DNA of 64,000 nucleotides from Pseudovirgaria hyperparasitica (lineage: Eukaryota), in NCBI GenBank assembly GCA_010093815.1, contig ML996575.1; one strand, 5' to 3'. Both the position numbers and the translations under genes were made by a program. This document shows positions 38,749 to 52,700 of the stretch, piece after piece; position 1 is the first letter of the stretch; the number at the start of each line of letters is the position of its first letter. Below the pieces are notes generated by a model. It was not told the origin of the DNA and searched no databases. It was given only the letters and a program-made list of their open reading frames with translations.

Positions 38749-41700
38749 TATTAGGGCTAACACTAGGATAGACTTAACTAGACTACTATAGTCTAGTACG
38801 GTCCGTGATAGGTGGACCTAGGTTAAGCTAGCTAGAATAAGCGAGACCACTATATAAGTAGACCGTATATACTTAATTCCTACTCTTTAGAAATTAACCT
38901 TATTAGAAGAGTAGACTACCCTTTTAAATATATTCCCGAATTCTCCTATAATCTATTAGACTACTATTCTACGTCTATAATCCTTATATTTTAATTCCTC
39001 TTTATATAGCACGACGGTAGTTTATAGAAATAGCTCTAACTACTTATTATAACACTTATAGTACCGCCTCTTATAGTAGACCTTCTCCTAACCTAAATAA
39101 GGAGAATAGTCTACCTATAACTACCCCTACTAATAACTATACCTTATAGACTATCGCACTAATAACTCGCACGATATTCCGTATAATTATAGAAGATATT
39201 ATAGAATATAAGGATAGAGTCTATTATACTCTATCTCGGTCTAGTTTAAACTATACTAGACCTAACCTTAATATAAGGCTAGACCTTATTAATGTTAATA
39301 AGTTAATCTATTAGAATCGCCTAACGTTAACTATACCTTATAATAATATATATACTAGACTACACGAAGAGAGATAATAATAGGTTTAACTCGAGTAATA
39401 ACTACGCGAACTCGACGAAGCTCGAGGACGTACTATAAGACTTAAAGCTATATTATACGCTTTAGTTCTAGTAACGACTAATCTATATTTATATAGACCT
39501 ATACTAACTAAAACGATCTATCCTAGTCTACTACTATCCTAATTACCCCGACCTAAGAAACCACCTTACTTTAATAGTAAAAGTAGAAAGAGTTTCCACG
39601 TATAGGCTTACTAATATAGCCGATTCTTCTATCTATTCACGAACGATAGTAATAAAATTAGATTCGTCTAGAACTACCTTAACCCGACGCCTTTAGAACG
39701 TTAGATAGTATACTAAATTAAATATCCTAAGGATACCTATAACTAGGACACGTTCACTAAATTTCTCCTCTAATATTTTAGTAATAGGGCTAAACGACGC
39801 GACTAGGCCTAGGGCTATATCTTCGAGACTTAATAATAAGATAATTAGTTACTATTATAACTTCTTAAATACCTTCGGCCCCTCTAGAGAGAAGCCGAAG
39901 AAGATTATATAATTTAATAGTATAATAACTTTAAACGGTCCCTCGCCCTAAATATAAAGGACCGTCTCGATCTTATAATAATAATCTCTATAGACCTCTA
40001 AGCTCTTATAAACCTTACGGAGCGATACTAGTATATAATAAATAATTAACGCCGCGCTAGTGCACGACTATCCCTAATAATCTAATCTAATATAAAATCG
40101 TCTAACTAAAACCGATTTAGTAATAGATCTCGTGGGACGTTATAAGGCTACTACTACGCCTTAAATTTAAAACTACGCGGATTATATTATAGATCTCCCT
40201 ACTAATTAATATATCGAGATATAAGGACTAACTTATATAAATAACCTAAAGTTACTTACTATACCTATAGTAGAATAGACTATATAGTACCTAAGTACCG
40301 TTTAGGGAAGCTACTAAGTACTAATATAACTAACTAACTAGTTATATACTATAAGTACTAGTAGCTAGGATATATCATGCCTAACTACCTAGTATAGAAT
40401 ATAAAAAACTAATAGCCTATAAGAAACCCTCGCGACTTATAGGCGCGACTATAATAGAGAGGTAATCCGCTAAATAGTATATTAAACTATAGGCTAGATC
40501 TATCGAGGTCCCTCGTGGATAATATTAGACTATAATACTTAATAGTAGGTCGGCTACTAATATTATATCGACCTAATGAGCATAAGAACTTAATACTAAT
40601 ATCTAAGCTCTAATAGATACTATATTCTATAGTATCGACGGTCCTATTAAGTTATATAGTATCTATACTATTAAATATAGTATCTAGGATAGTAGAGGGA
40701 AATAGAAACTCTACTACTTAACCTTTATTATAGTAGATAGTCCCTTTAATATAATTCTAGGTATACCGTAGCTTAAGAAATATAATCTAAAACTAGACTT
40801 TCTTAAGAAGATAGCTAGCTAGTATATAAACCTACCTTAATAGGAACTAGTATAGCTTATCGACGACGAATAATTCTAGAAAGATTATAAGAAGGCGATC
40901 TCTACTATCTACGTACTCTTACTTATATAAAATAGCGAGCTTAGTATTAAAGTAGATAAAAACCTACTATATTAGTATAAAATATACTAATATATTATAT
41001 TAGTAATCGATTCCTCCGAACTACCTTAATACTAATCTACTAACCTTACTATTAATCTTAAAGACGGCTAGTAACCTCTATATAGATCTATCTACCCTCT
41101 TTTAGAACCTAAGTTATAAGCCCTTTAAGAATATATCGAAAAGAACCTTACGCGAGAATAGATTAGGCCTAGTATATCCCTAGCTAGAGCTCTAATCCTC
41201 TTTATAAAGAAGAAGGATAGGAGCCTCTATCTATATATTAACTACCGTAGCCTAAATAATATTATACGAAAGAATTATTATCTACTACCTCTTATCTCCG
41301 AGTCTATTAATAGACTAGAACGTATAAAGATCTTTACTAAGCTTAATCTACGTAATACCTACTATTACCTTTATATTAAGGAAGGCGACGAATAGAAAAC
41401 GGCTTTTAGAACCCGTTATAGATACTTTAAGTATACCGTAGTCCCTTTTAGACTAACTAACGCGCTAGGTACCTTCTAAGCGTATATTAATAACACGCTA
41501 GTAGGCCTACTCGACACGACATATATCGTATATCTAGATAATATCCTTATCTTCTTAGATAATAAGGAGGAGTATATCTAGCACGTACGTGTAGTCCTAG
41601 ATAGGCTAGAAAAGTATAAGCTATATATTAAGCTATCTAAATACGAGTTCTATTAGAACTATATTAACTTTCTTAGCTTCGTTATTACTAATTAAGGTAT

Positions 41701-44700
41701 AACTATAGAGAGAGATAGAGTTACTACTATTATAGACTAGCCTAAACTAAAATCCGTTCGAGATATACGTGTCTTTATTAGCTTTGCTAACTACTACTAA
41801 AAATTTATTAAACACTTCTTCCGTTTAGCCGTACTACTTAATATACGTACTACTACTACTACTAACTCGTCTATTACGGTCCGTAGTAGATAGAAATAGC
41901 GTAATATTAAATTATAACCTATTAAATTAACTAAGGTTAAAAGAATATCCTTTAAGAAGATTAAAGAAGCATTTATAACCGCTCTATTACTAGTATACTT
42001 CGATCTAACTAAACCTATTTATATCGAAACTAATATATTAGAATTTATAATCTCGGGTATACTCTTCTAGCCTAGACTAATAGAGTCTAAAAAGGTCTAA
42101 TAGTATCTAGTTACGTTCTTCTCGCGTAAGATAGCTAACGTTAAGACTAGATATACTATTTATAACTAAGAGCTACTAGTAATAGTAGAGTCGTTTAAGT
42201 AGTAGTAATATTATCTTAAAGGTACTATATATAACGTTAAGTTACTAACTAATTACTATAACTTAAAGGGGTTTATAAGTATAATAGTTTTAAATCATTA
42301 ATAGGTTTAATAGACTAAGTAGCTTATAAATTTCTACTTTATAATCTACTATTAATCTAGAAGTATAAATCTAGCTAATAGAATATTAAGAAGACCTAAC
42401 TATAAAGAAGGCGCCTAGAATTATAGTAGCTATAGGGTTCTAGAGTAGCTATAGGCCTAACTCTTAAGGACGAGGTTAGATAATAAGTTATCTAATAATT
42501 AGCGAGATACTAATACTAATACTAGTAATCGAATTTATAAGACTAAAGCTAGTAACTAAAGACGCGGTACTAAAGTCCCTAGCGAGCTATTTATCGGCGC
42601 TATTAGGGAGGGCGATAGTACCTAGTATATATATTAAGTAGACCTCGCCTAGTTAATCGCGGATCTATAAAAGATAGACCCAATAGTTTTAAAGTTATAT
42701 AAAATATAGTAAGATAGGTTATTATAGACCGAAGTAGACTATAAGTAGACCTTTATAGATAGCTTACTCTACTATAATAGAAAGTACTATATACCGACGG
42801 GTAATATATAATTTACCGTAGTTAGCCGATACTATAACGCTAACCTAGTAGGATATTTCGGGTATATACGCACCCTAAGCTCGATTTATTAGTACTATTT
42901 TTAGGAAGATATACCTAAGTACGTCGAAGAATAGATAGCTACTTATCTAATTTATTAAAGAATAAAGGTACCTAGGCATAAGGTATATAGGAACTTATAG
43001 CCTCTACTAGTCCCCCTCTTTATATAGAAAGATATTACTATAGATTTTATAGTTAACTTACCTCTAAGCGAGATACTTAGAATAAGTTATAATTTAATTC
43101 TTATTATTATAGATAGACTTATAAAGATATCTAGGTACGCCCCTATATAGAAGACGATTATATTAAAAGAACTAGTATAAGTATTCTAGAATAAGATTAT
43201 TAAGGTCTATAGTATACTAAAAAGAATCGTTATAGACCGAGGGAGTATATTCACGTCTAAATTCTAGACGTTATTCTATGAAATGGCCGGTATAAATAGA
43301 AATATATTAATAGTATTCTATCTATAAATAGATAGTTAGATAGAGCGATAGAACTAAACGCTTAAGGCCTACCTTCGTATATTCTATAATTTTAAATAAG
43401 ATAACTAGGCCTCTCTACTAAGTATAGTAGAATTCGCGTATAATAATAGTCGTTATAGTATAATAGGTGTTACGCCCTTCTAGGTGAACCTAGAATATAG
43501 TCTAAGGATAGGTTTCGAACCTTATACGGTCTAGTTTAACTAAACGATAGATGTTAACGTCTATACGTAGGAACTAGTAATTAAAATCTTTAAAACCACA
43601 CGTAACTATTACGTAATAATCTAGTAAGTAAATAAGTTATATATAAAGTACTATAATAGATTAGTTAAAGATTAAGCGTATAAGGAGGGAGACGAAGTCC
43701 TTCTTAATATCTATAATATATAAATATCGCGAGTAAATAAAAAGCTTAATTATAAAATAGCTAGTCCCTTCCGAATTAAACGTTATATTAGTATAAGAGT
43801 CTATAAGCTTAACCTAGGAAACGATATAAAAGTCTATAACGTATTCTATATCTTATTACTTAAAAGGTTTTAATCTAATATATATAAACGTACGAACGTG
43901 TAATTATACTCTATTATACCCTAAGATAGACTAGACGTATATAAAGTAGACTATATTATCGAATATAGGCTCGACGAGAACGGTATCTAAAAGTATTAAA
44001 TTCGTTAGAAGAACTATACCGAGGATAAGAATACCTAGGAACCTATAGTATATATCTTAAGTACCGTGATAGCTATATATAAATAGAGGTTATAGAATAA
44101 CACGTTACTACTATAAACCTAGCGCTATTAGGGCTATTATAAAAAGAAGAAGGATACTATAGAGAATAACGTATTAAATTACGAATCCTAAACGTATACT
44201 AGGAAAACTCTATAAGGTAGCCCTATAATTTAAGCGATGCACGGTTACTAAACGTAAAGAAAATATAAATAACCGTTATAGGCACGCGACGCGATATATT
44301 ATAATAGAATAATATAGAGAAGTCTAGAATAGACTAATATAGACTATTATATATAAGAAGAATATAGGACTAAGAAACTAAAAAGGTACCCTACTACGGA
44401 ATTAAACTCGTAATATATAATATAAAAGGTTAGAGTATCTAAACTAATAACTACTAGGCCACTAGTTTAGGTACTCTAATATAATTTAGAGAGATAAACT
44501 AATTTATATATGATGCCTATACTTAAGTAACTTAAAGGAAATTAGAACCTAAAATTTAATAGTTGTAGAATAAATAAGAACGTATATAATATTATTAAGT
44601 TAAGAATTAAATTACTAGAAAACTAGTAGATAGATATCTAAATAGTCTAAAAAGGACTAAAACGGATAGAAACCAGGTAGATAGAGCTAATATATACTAT

Positions 44701-46762
44701 ATAGAAACCCTAGTAAATAGAGCTATAGAGCTACTCCTCTATCTTATTATTACTCTTAGAGTATAGTAAATAAACTAACTAAGTAATAGAGCGACGGAGG
44801 TTAGAGACCTTATCCTCTAGAGTAACCACGCGCTTAGTTAGAGCCTAGTAAGACGACGACTAAGCGCTAGAGCGGAGCAACTAGACCTAAAGTTAGCTAA
44901 CACGGTCTAGAATAATCTAGAATAGAATATATACCCTCTTATAAGGTAACTTAGAAGGAGAACTAGTAGATCTCTTATAAGACCCGTTAGTAGTACGAGG
45001 TAGATAGAAAGGAATAGTACGAATCTCTTCTATGGCCTTAGTAGCTAAAACTAACTCCCTAGAATAGGTAGCCTAAGTACTAGGAATCTTATAGCGACTA
45101 AAAATTATAAGCTAAGGTTAATAATAATTAATGGTTTCTAAACTTATACTTTAATAACCTCTAGAAAGAGCTTATAGCGCTCCCTAAACTCCCTATATAT
45201 AGAAGCTAGGTAACTACTAGAACTACCGAGAGTCTTACGGACGCGAAGATCGTTATATATATCTTATATATAAATAGAAATCTAAAAACGTATTAGTATA
45301 GATAACTTTAGATTACCCTAGACTAAAATAGCCTAATAGACTTACCTAAAGATAAACTTTACTAAGGATAGTATAGCGGCGGTAGTAGGTAGGGAGCTTA
45401 AAGATTAGGCGTATAGGTCTATTACGGTTAGTAGAGTAGTAGCTAATACTAGAGTTAGAGTGGAAGAGATATTTAGAGCTAGTAGCGTAAGCCTTAATAT
45501 ACTTAAAGTATATTAAACCGTAGTTCGCTATTTTCCTATAGCGTAAACTATAACTACGTTTAGTATCTTCGGCGACCTAGGCCTTATTATTACTAGGGCT
45601 AGGTTTAGAGTAAATATTAAGGTCCTAAAAGAACCTAGAGTAACTAAGTTAGTCTATATTAGACCGAAAAGAGAAACGGCGTTTAGAGCGAGGCGGCGAA
45701 GGCGTAAACTCTTAATTATTATCTATAATAAGATCTTCTTTATTCTCTAAAGGAGGTAGAGTAGATAGACGGCGCGAGTAGGTATAGATAGGCTTTATAG
45801 CCACCTCTTCCGTAATACTAGTACTAGAATTACCTAGATTAGAGCGACTAGTAGCTACGTTAGTAGTAATAGTAGTAGTAGCCTTAGCTATCTTCTTCTC
45901 TAACTTAGAGCGCGTCTTTATACTACTACGATAAGTGGATTTTTTAGCTAGTATAGCTAGAGTAGAGATAATCTCTTTAGAGTAAGTCTTACGAGAGGAG
46001 GAGGTAGACTTAGAAATAGAACTAGTATTAGATATCTATATATATACGTTAGCTAGAGATCTAAGAGTAGAATACTTATTTAGTCTTAAAGGCAATTAAA
46101 GAAGCTAAATTAGTAACCGTAATAACGCGAATAGATTATATAGGACTAGCTCTAATAAAAATAGACTACTCTAGACCCGAACGGATCTAAACTAAAGGAG
46201 ATAGTATATAAATTAATAACTTACCTTAAGAGTAAGGTAGATATACTAGAGAAGAAAATTTAGAATAAGAGAACTAAATATAAGCTTAGTTAATATAGCG
46301 GTTATATAACCCGCGGAGCTATCTCTAAGGTAGTAGCTATAAAGTAAGGGATAAGCGTATATATAAATAAAAGTAAACTAGAGCTTAAGTTTACTAATAT
46401 AAAGGCTATTAATAATATTATATAGATTTAATTAGATACGCGTATAAATATAACGCTTATAGAATTATAGATTTATATATAGCTAAGTACTTTAGGGCGA
46501 AGTATAAAAAGAAGAAGGATATTATTAGGGCTAATACTAGAATAGACTTAACTAGACTACTATAGTCTAGTACGGTCCGTAATAGGTGGACCTAGGTTAA
46601 GCTAGCTAGAATAAGCGAGACTACTATATAAGTAGGCCGTATATACTTAATTCCTACTCTTTAGAAATTAACCTTATTAGGAGAGTAGACTACCCTTTTA
46701 AATATATTTCTAAATCCTTCTATGACCTATTAGACTACTATCCTATATCTATAATCCTTATA
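38749..46762 (+). mobile_element. Ty3/Gypsy chromovirus A2 (same family as A, 8014 bp), nested in B
   Basis: 240-bp LTRs 38749-38988 and 46523-46762. TSD CCGTC at 38744-38748 and 46763-46767. PPT AAAAAGAAGAAGG at about 46506-46518. Internal region is the reverse-complement homolog of A. RT YLD(N)ILIF near 41530. Confidence 0.95.
44731..46035 (-). pseudogene. Antisense cargo gene of A2 (homolog of 17321-18636)
   Basis: Same ATA-TCT-AAT-ACT-AGT start, same GAG-GAG-TAG end, splice donors at equivalent positions. Confidence 0.7.
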
Positions 46763-49700
46763 CCGTCGCCTTCTAGATAACTACCTAGGTAACTAATATA
46801 GTAGCCTAGTAGGGTTAAATATAAGTTTAATCCTAGACTCTAGTCGAATTCTCTTGCTAACCTTCTATTATAGTATAGGCGGTATTCCTCTAGCGTTAGT
46901 ATTAGGACCCCGTTAGGCTAACCCGTAGGCCTATTAGAATATACTAGCCTCTAGACCTTTTTCTTTAGCGTTTAGTTCTCTCTCTCTTTTTTTTTATTCT
47001 TTTCTTTCTATAGAATAAATTTCTTTTCTATTCTCTCTTAAGACCGTATAGTCTTCCTCTTCTTTATCTATATATTCTATAGATTACTAGGCGGATATCT
47101 TCTTTTTCTTTATAGTCTACTACTCTAGTAGACTATTATTTATCTTAGTAGGTCCGAACTTCTATTTAAACTTATCTAATATAGCGGTATCTATTAGGTT
47201 TACTAAGGGTTCCTATATTAGGTTATAGTATCCGGCCTATTTTACTAGGACTTCTCTTCTCTATTCTCGCCCTTTATTTCTAGTATATAGTATCTCTTCG
47301 ACTTACTACTCTTTATATATCTTAATAAGTATAGGGTCCGGTTATTTATTATTAGTCTTCTATCTAGGTAGAGGGTCTTCGCTAGCTAGTCTAAGTAGAT
47401 CTATATAGAATACCGGGTAGATATTACTAGGGAGCCCCCTTAGTCTAATAGATATTAGTAATAGAACTTTATCTATGGTATATTTCGTGTACTTTAAGTC
47501 TAGGTTCTTCTTTAGTTAACTTATTATATAGTTTCTTAAATCGAGCTATACTTTATCTTCTATATAGTATACTAGTACTAGAGTTTACTTTCTATTCGCG
47601 GACTCCTCTTACTTTTAGATAGTCTCTACTATATTCACTCGATATAGCTTAGTAATATTCTTTATCTTTTTTATAAAGGTTTCCGCTCTTTATTTAGTAG
47701 AGAGTAAGGAACTAGAGTCGGCTTCTATCTATAGAGATATAGAGGATAGTAGATTATATCTATAGGTAGCAAAGAATAGACTTATTTCTAGCCCTACTTA
47801 GTAGCGTGCGTTTAGTACTAGTTATATAGTTAGAAGCTAGGTTTTCTAATCGGACTATTTCTAATTAATAAAGTTTCGTAAGTAGCTCTATATCTCCTAG
47901 TTTATTCTCTCCGGGTCTCTATCTATTTAAGGATAGTATATAGAGCTTAGTCTTTAGATTACTCTAGTAAGACTATAAAAGGTCTTCTAGAAATAGCTAG
48001 TCTAGTTTATTCCTTAATTACTTATTATTACTAAGGGTATACCGTAGTATCTTACCTAGTAATCTATAAACGCCTTAGCGTATTCCTCTACCTTTATAGT
48101 AGATATTGCTTATAATACTACGGTCTTACTTAGGCGGTCTTTAATAACCTATAAGTAGTGGTTCTCTTCTAAGCCGGGTAGGTTAGTAATAACGTCTATT
48201 AAGATCTTCTAGAAGAAATAATTAGAGACTAGAAGAGACTTTAGAAGTCTATATTTTTATTCCTACTATACCTTATTCCGCCTATAGTAGTTATAATTTT
48301 ATAGAAACTACCTTATATATCTTACCTATAGCGGCTAGTAGAAGCTTCGTACTAGTATAGAAGTAGTAGAATCTCGGCCTAGATAGCTATAGAGCGGTAA
48401 GTTATATATAGACTAGATAAGCTTAGTCTAAAGGACGTCCCCTTCTAACTTACTAGGCCCTAGTACTTTATACTTAGCTTCTATAATTACCTTTATATCT
48501 AGTATCTATAATTTCCCACGGTAGTTAAGGTAGCCCTCTAAGCTAATACTATAATCTACTACTTAGACTTTTAGCTTTACCTTACTTAGAAATAACTATA
48601 CTCCTTCCGTTACTATACGGAGTATAGTTTAGTATATTAAGTCCTTTTCTACTATTATAGCCTATAGATTATTTAGAAAGTGGTTCTAGAAAGGTTCCGG
48701 GGAAGCCGGCTCTTTATAGGTAGGCTTAGTCCCTAGTAATATATCCTTAAATAGTAAATTAATAGTATAGGCTACTAATAGCCTTACCTTAGGGACTAGC
48801 TAATCTTTTATATTCTTAGGGTCTAGAAACCTACGGAACCTAGACTCTTTATTATCTACTCTAAGCGTATCTTATTCCTATCTTAATAGAGTATTAGGGA
48901 TAACCGCTTTAGATCCCGGTTAGTAAACTAGAGAGGACTAGTACTTAGATAAGGTTTTATACTACTATATTTAGTATTCTAATAGATAACGCTTCGTTAT
49001 AAAGTATTTAAGGTTCTTATAGTCTATCTATATAGTAAAGGGACTATACGCTTTTAACTCGGGGTTCTAGAACTTTAAGTAAGAGATTATAGCGAGTATC
49101 TTCTTATTATAGATATTATAGTTAATCTCCGCTTTATTTAGCTTCTATAAGAAAAACCCGATAGATCTAAGAGTTCCTTTATTTTCCTAAAGTAGTACTC
49201 CTCTAAGCGTAAACCCGCTATAGTCTATCTTAAGGAATATCTTCTAATAAGGGTCCTAGTATATTATAACTAGGGCCTCTAAGAACTTCTCCTTTAGGGC
49301 CTAGAACGACTCTTTCTTATTCTTTCTCTAGAAGAATAGGGTATTCTTACTAGTAAGCGCCGTAAGAGGCCCGGTTAGCTTAGAATAGTTTATAATAAAT
49401 ATCTAGTAGTAGTTATAGAACCTAAGGAACCGTTATACTTCCTTCTAGGTATTTAGCTTCTACTAGTCCTTTATTACTTCTAGCTTCTCTAGATCGGGGC
49501 CTATACCTTTTCTATTAGTATATATAATAAACCTAAGGTACTTAATCTTTTTATAAGTGAACTTACTTTTTCTAGGGTCTAGATAGAGGCCTCTATTCTA
49601 GAGCTTCTAAAGAATAATATATACTTTACTAAAGTAGTCTTCCTTCGACCTATTTAAGTAGATAATTATATTATCTATATAGACTAAAGCGAAGTTATCT

Positions 49701-52700
49701 AGCTATTCTTATAGTAAGGAGTTAATATACTATTAGAAGGTTACTAGAGCCCCTAATAATCTAAACGGGTATACTATCTATTTAAATAACCCTAGCCAAG
49801 TTCTAAACGCTATCTTATATTTATAGCTAGAGGCTATACGGATCTAGTAGAAGGCGGTAATAATATCTACCTTAGTTAACTATTTAGCGTCTATTAGATT
49901 TCGGAGGGTCTCTAGTATTAGTAGTAAGGGGTATTAGTCGGGCTTAGTAATAGTATTTAAGGCGTGGTAGTCGTAATAGAACTAGAGTCCTCTATTAGAC
50001 TTTCTTATAAATAATATAGAGGCTATAGCTTCTAATATAGTATACCGAATTAGCCCTTTCGCTAGAAGATCTCTTAGAAGTTTTACTAGTATAAGGAGCT
50101 TATCCTTTACTATACTAAATAGCCGCTTCTACGGTAAGTCTATCGGTATCCTATCTACTTTCTTATATATCTTAATTTTATAATCGATACCTAATTAGTA
50201 TAGCACGAGTTTATCCGCTTCTCTTTTAGAAAATAGCGGAGCTATATTCTAGAGTTACAGGGGTAGTATCTTCTATATCTATTCTAGTAATAGCTCTTTC
50301 TTCTCCTCTAGCGCCTTATAGATATTCTCTATAGATACCGCGTTTACTATAAGGGCCCCTTTAGAGTTCTTATATTCTCTTATAGGGTCCGCTATAATAA
50401 ATTACTAGCTAGAGCCATAGGGGGATACGTAGACTCTAGTATAAGTAGCGTAAGAAATAGTATAGCACGTAGAAGAGGTACCTATAATACGATAGGTAGC
50501 CTTAGATAGTAATCTAAGGCTAAGATAGACACCTATAGGGAGAGCTAATTATAGGTACTTAGAATAGGTATTCTAAGTAGTCTACTAGGTAATTAAAAAT
50601 AGAATATTAGTATTCTAAGTAATATACTAAATACTTAGAATAAGTATTCTAATTAGAGGACCTTAGTAGAACTATATAGACCCTTTAGACCTAATCTCTA
50701 GAGATAGTTCTATAGTAATTAATTTAAACTTATACTAATATAATTACTACTTCACTTGCCTACTAGCTAGTTACTATTTATACTCTATTAATACTTACTA
50801 TAAATCTACTTATACTCCTCTAAGCCTTCTAAGTACCTTTACCTTTAGAAAAGCTAGGATACTCTATAGAATGGACTACTTTAGGGATAAGCCGCATCCT
50901 TATTAGGGAAGGTTTATTATATCTATCTACTCTTCGGCGGTCCCTAGCTTATAGTAGTTAAGACCTTTATCTACCTATTACTTTACTCGGCTATAGTAGT
51001 ACCGTTACTTATCGGGCGTGGTCCATATCTTATTATATACTTTCTAAGGGTTTCTAAGGATAAGCGGGAAGGCTAAGTTAGGTACTATATAAGCGTAGAT
51101 ATCTTATCTATAATTACCTATCTCTATACGAAACGCGATAACTCTCTAAATTTCGGAGTTATTTATAGCGTCCGTTACTCCCTTAATTATATACTTTATA
51201 TAATTTATATAGGGGAGTCCTAGACCTTCTATTAGGTCTTCTTAAATTATAGTATAGTACTAGTAGCCTTTATTAATAAGTATAAAAGTTCTAATAGCTT
51301 TTTAGAGGACTACGTCTATATATATAAGGTTTCTATTTATTATACTTTAGAACTTAGTCTATCTATCTACTAGTACGTTCTCTACTCTCTACTCTTAACT
51401 TTAAGAGAGAGTTATATATTTTCTAAGTACTTATTACTAGAATCTATAAGATTATCTTTAATCTCTAATAGAGGTATAATTTTAACTTAATTAATCTTTA
51501 TAATTCTTTTAGAGGTTAAGGAGAGGTTAGTATACGGGTAGCCTTCGATCTAGTATTCTAATACCCTATAATAGAAGTAGAGCCCTTCTTTCTAGCGTCT
51601 ATCCCTTTCTACTTAGTTAATCTACTTTATCTTTAGTATCTTCTCTATCTTATAGCGGGATCTAGATTCTTTCTTCTAGTCTCCGCTTATATATATAGAG
51701 CCTATAATAGTATCTCTATTCTTATTCTTTTTAGCCGTAGCGTAATACTTATATAACCTTATAGCTACCGTGCTTTTTATTATAGTAACTATATCCTTTT
51801 TCTACTTCTTATTAGCTGCCTTAAACTACTTAGTATCTTCTAAGTTTATTATAATTCTCTTAATCTCTTCCGCAAAGCTATAGTAGTCTATAATTCTTAG
51901 TATAGAGGCCGTATATATATAAGCGGGGTTTAAGAAGGTATTTTAGAGATAGCTAATTTTTATACTATCTTTCTAGTTATCTCCGCCGGCGCTTAGTAGA
52001 AGTCTATTAAATTTAAGTTAGTATTTATACTAAGGTTAGCTATTTATATATTTAAGTAACGAAAGCTTTTCTAAGGCCTTAGCCTTTTTATTACTATCTA
52101 TAAATATATACTTAAGTTATACGAAGAAGGCTTTAGGGTCCTTATCTTTTATAGAGTCTCCCCTTTTCTAGAAGTATTATATTTAGTTTCTTTCGCGCGC
52201 TAGTAGAGTATTATAGATAGTATCCTAGTAGTAATCTAGGGATAGCTTTAGCTTAAGCGCGGATTATACCTTATAGAAGCTATATAACTATAATAGGTAG
52301 TCTTAGAAGGTAACTACTTTACCGTTCTAGGAGGGCGGTTTCTAGTCCCTAGATCCTAATAGTTCCTAGTTAGTTTATAGGGTTAAGATTATCTTTTTAA
52401 GTAGAGACTTTAGTAGTTTATTCGTGGTAGGGCTTAATTAATTCTAGAAGGCTTAGTTCCTTATAGTAAGAATCTCTTATTTAAGGGCTTACTAGCGTTA
52501 TAGTAGGTTAAAGATTATCTCTTTAGTACTTTATAACTCTATATTTAGACCTAGGTCTTAGCCTAGCTCGCCCCTAGTATTACTCTATATATTATCTCTA
52601 AAGTCTATAGTAAAGTACTCGGAGAGTAAAATAGAATTAAACTTAATATTATAGAAATATAATATATATATAGACGTAAGAGTATTTATAGAATATAGTA

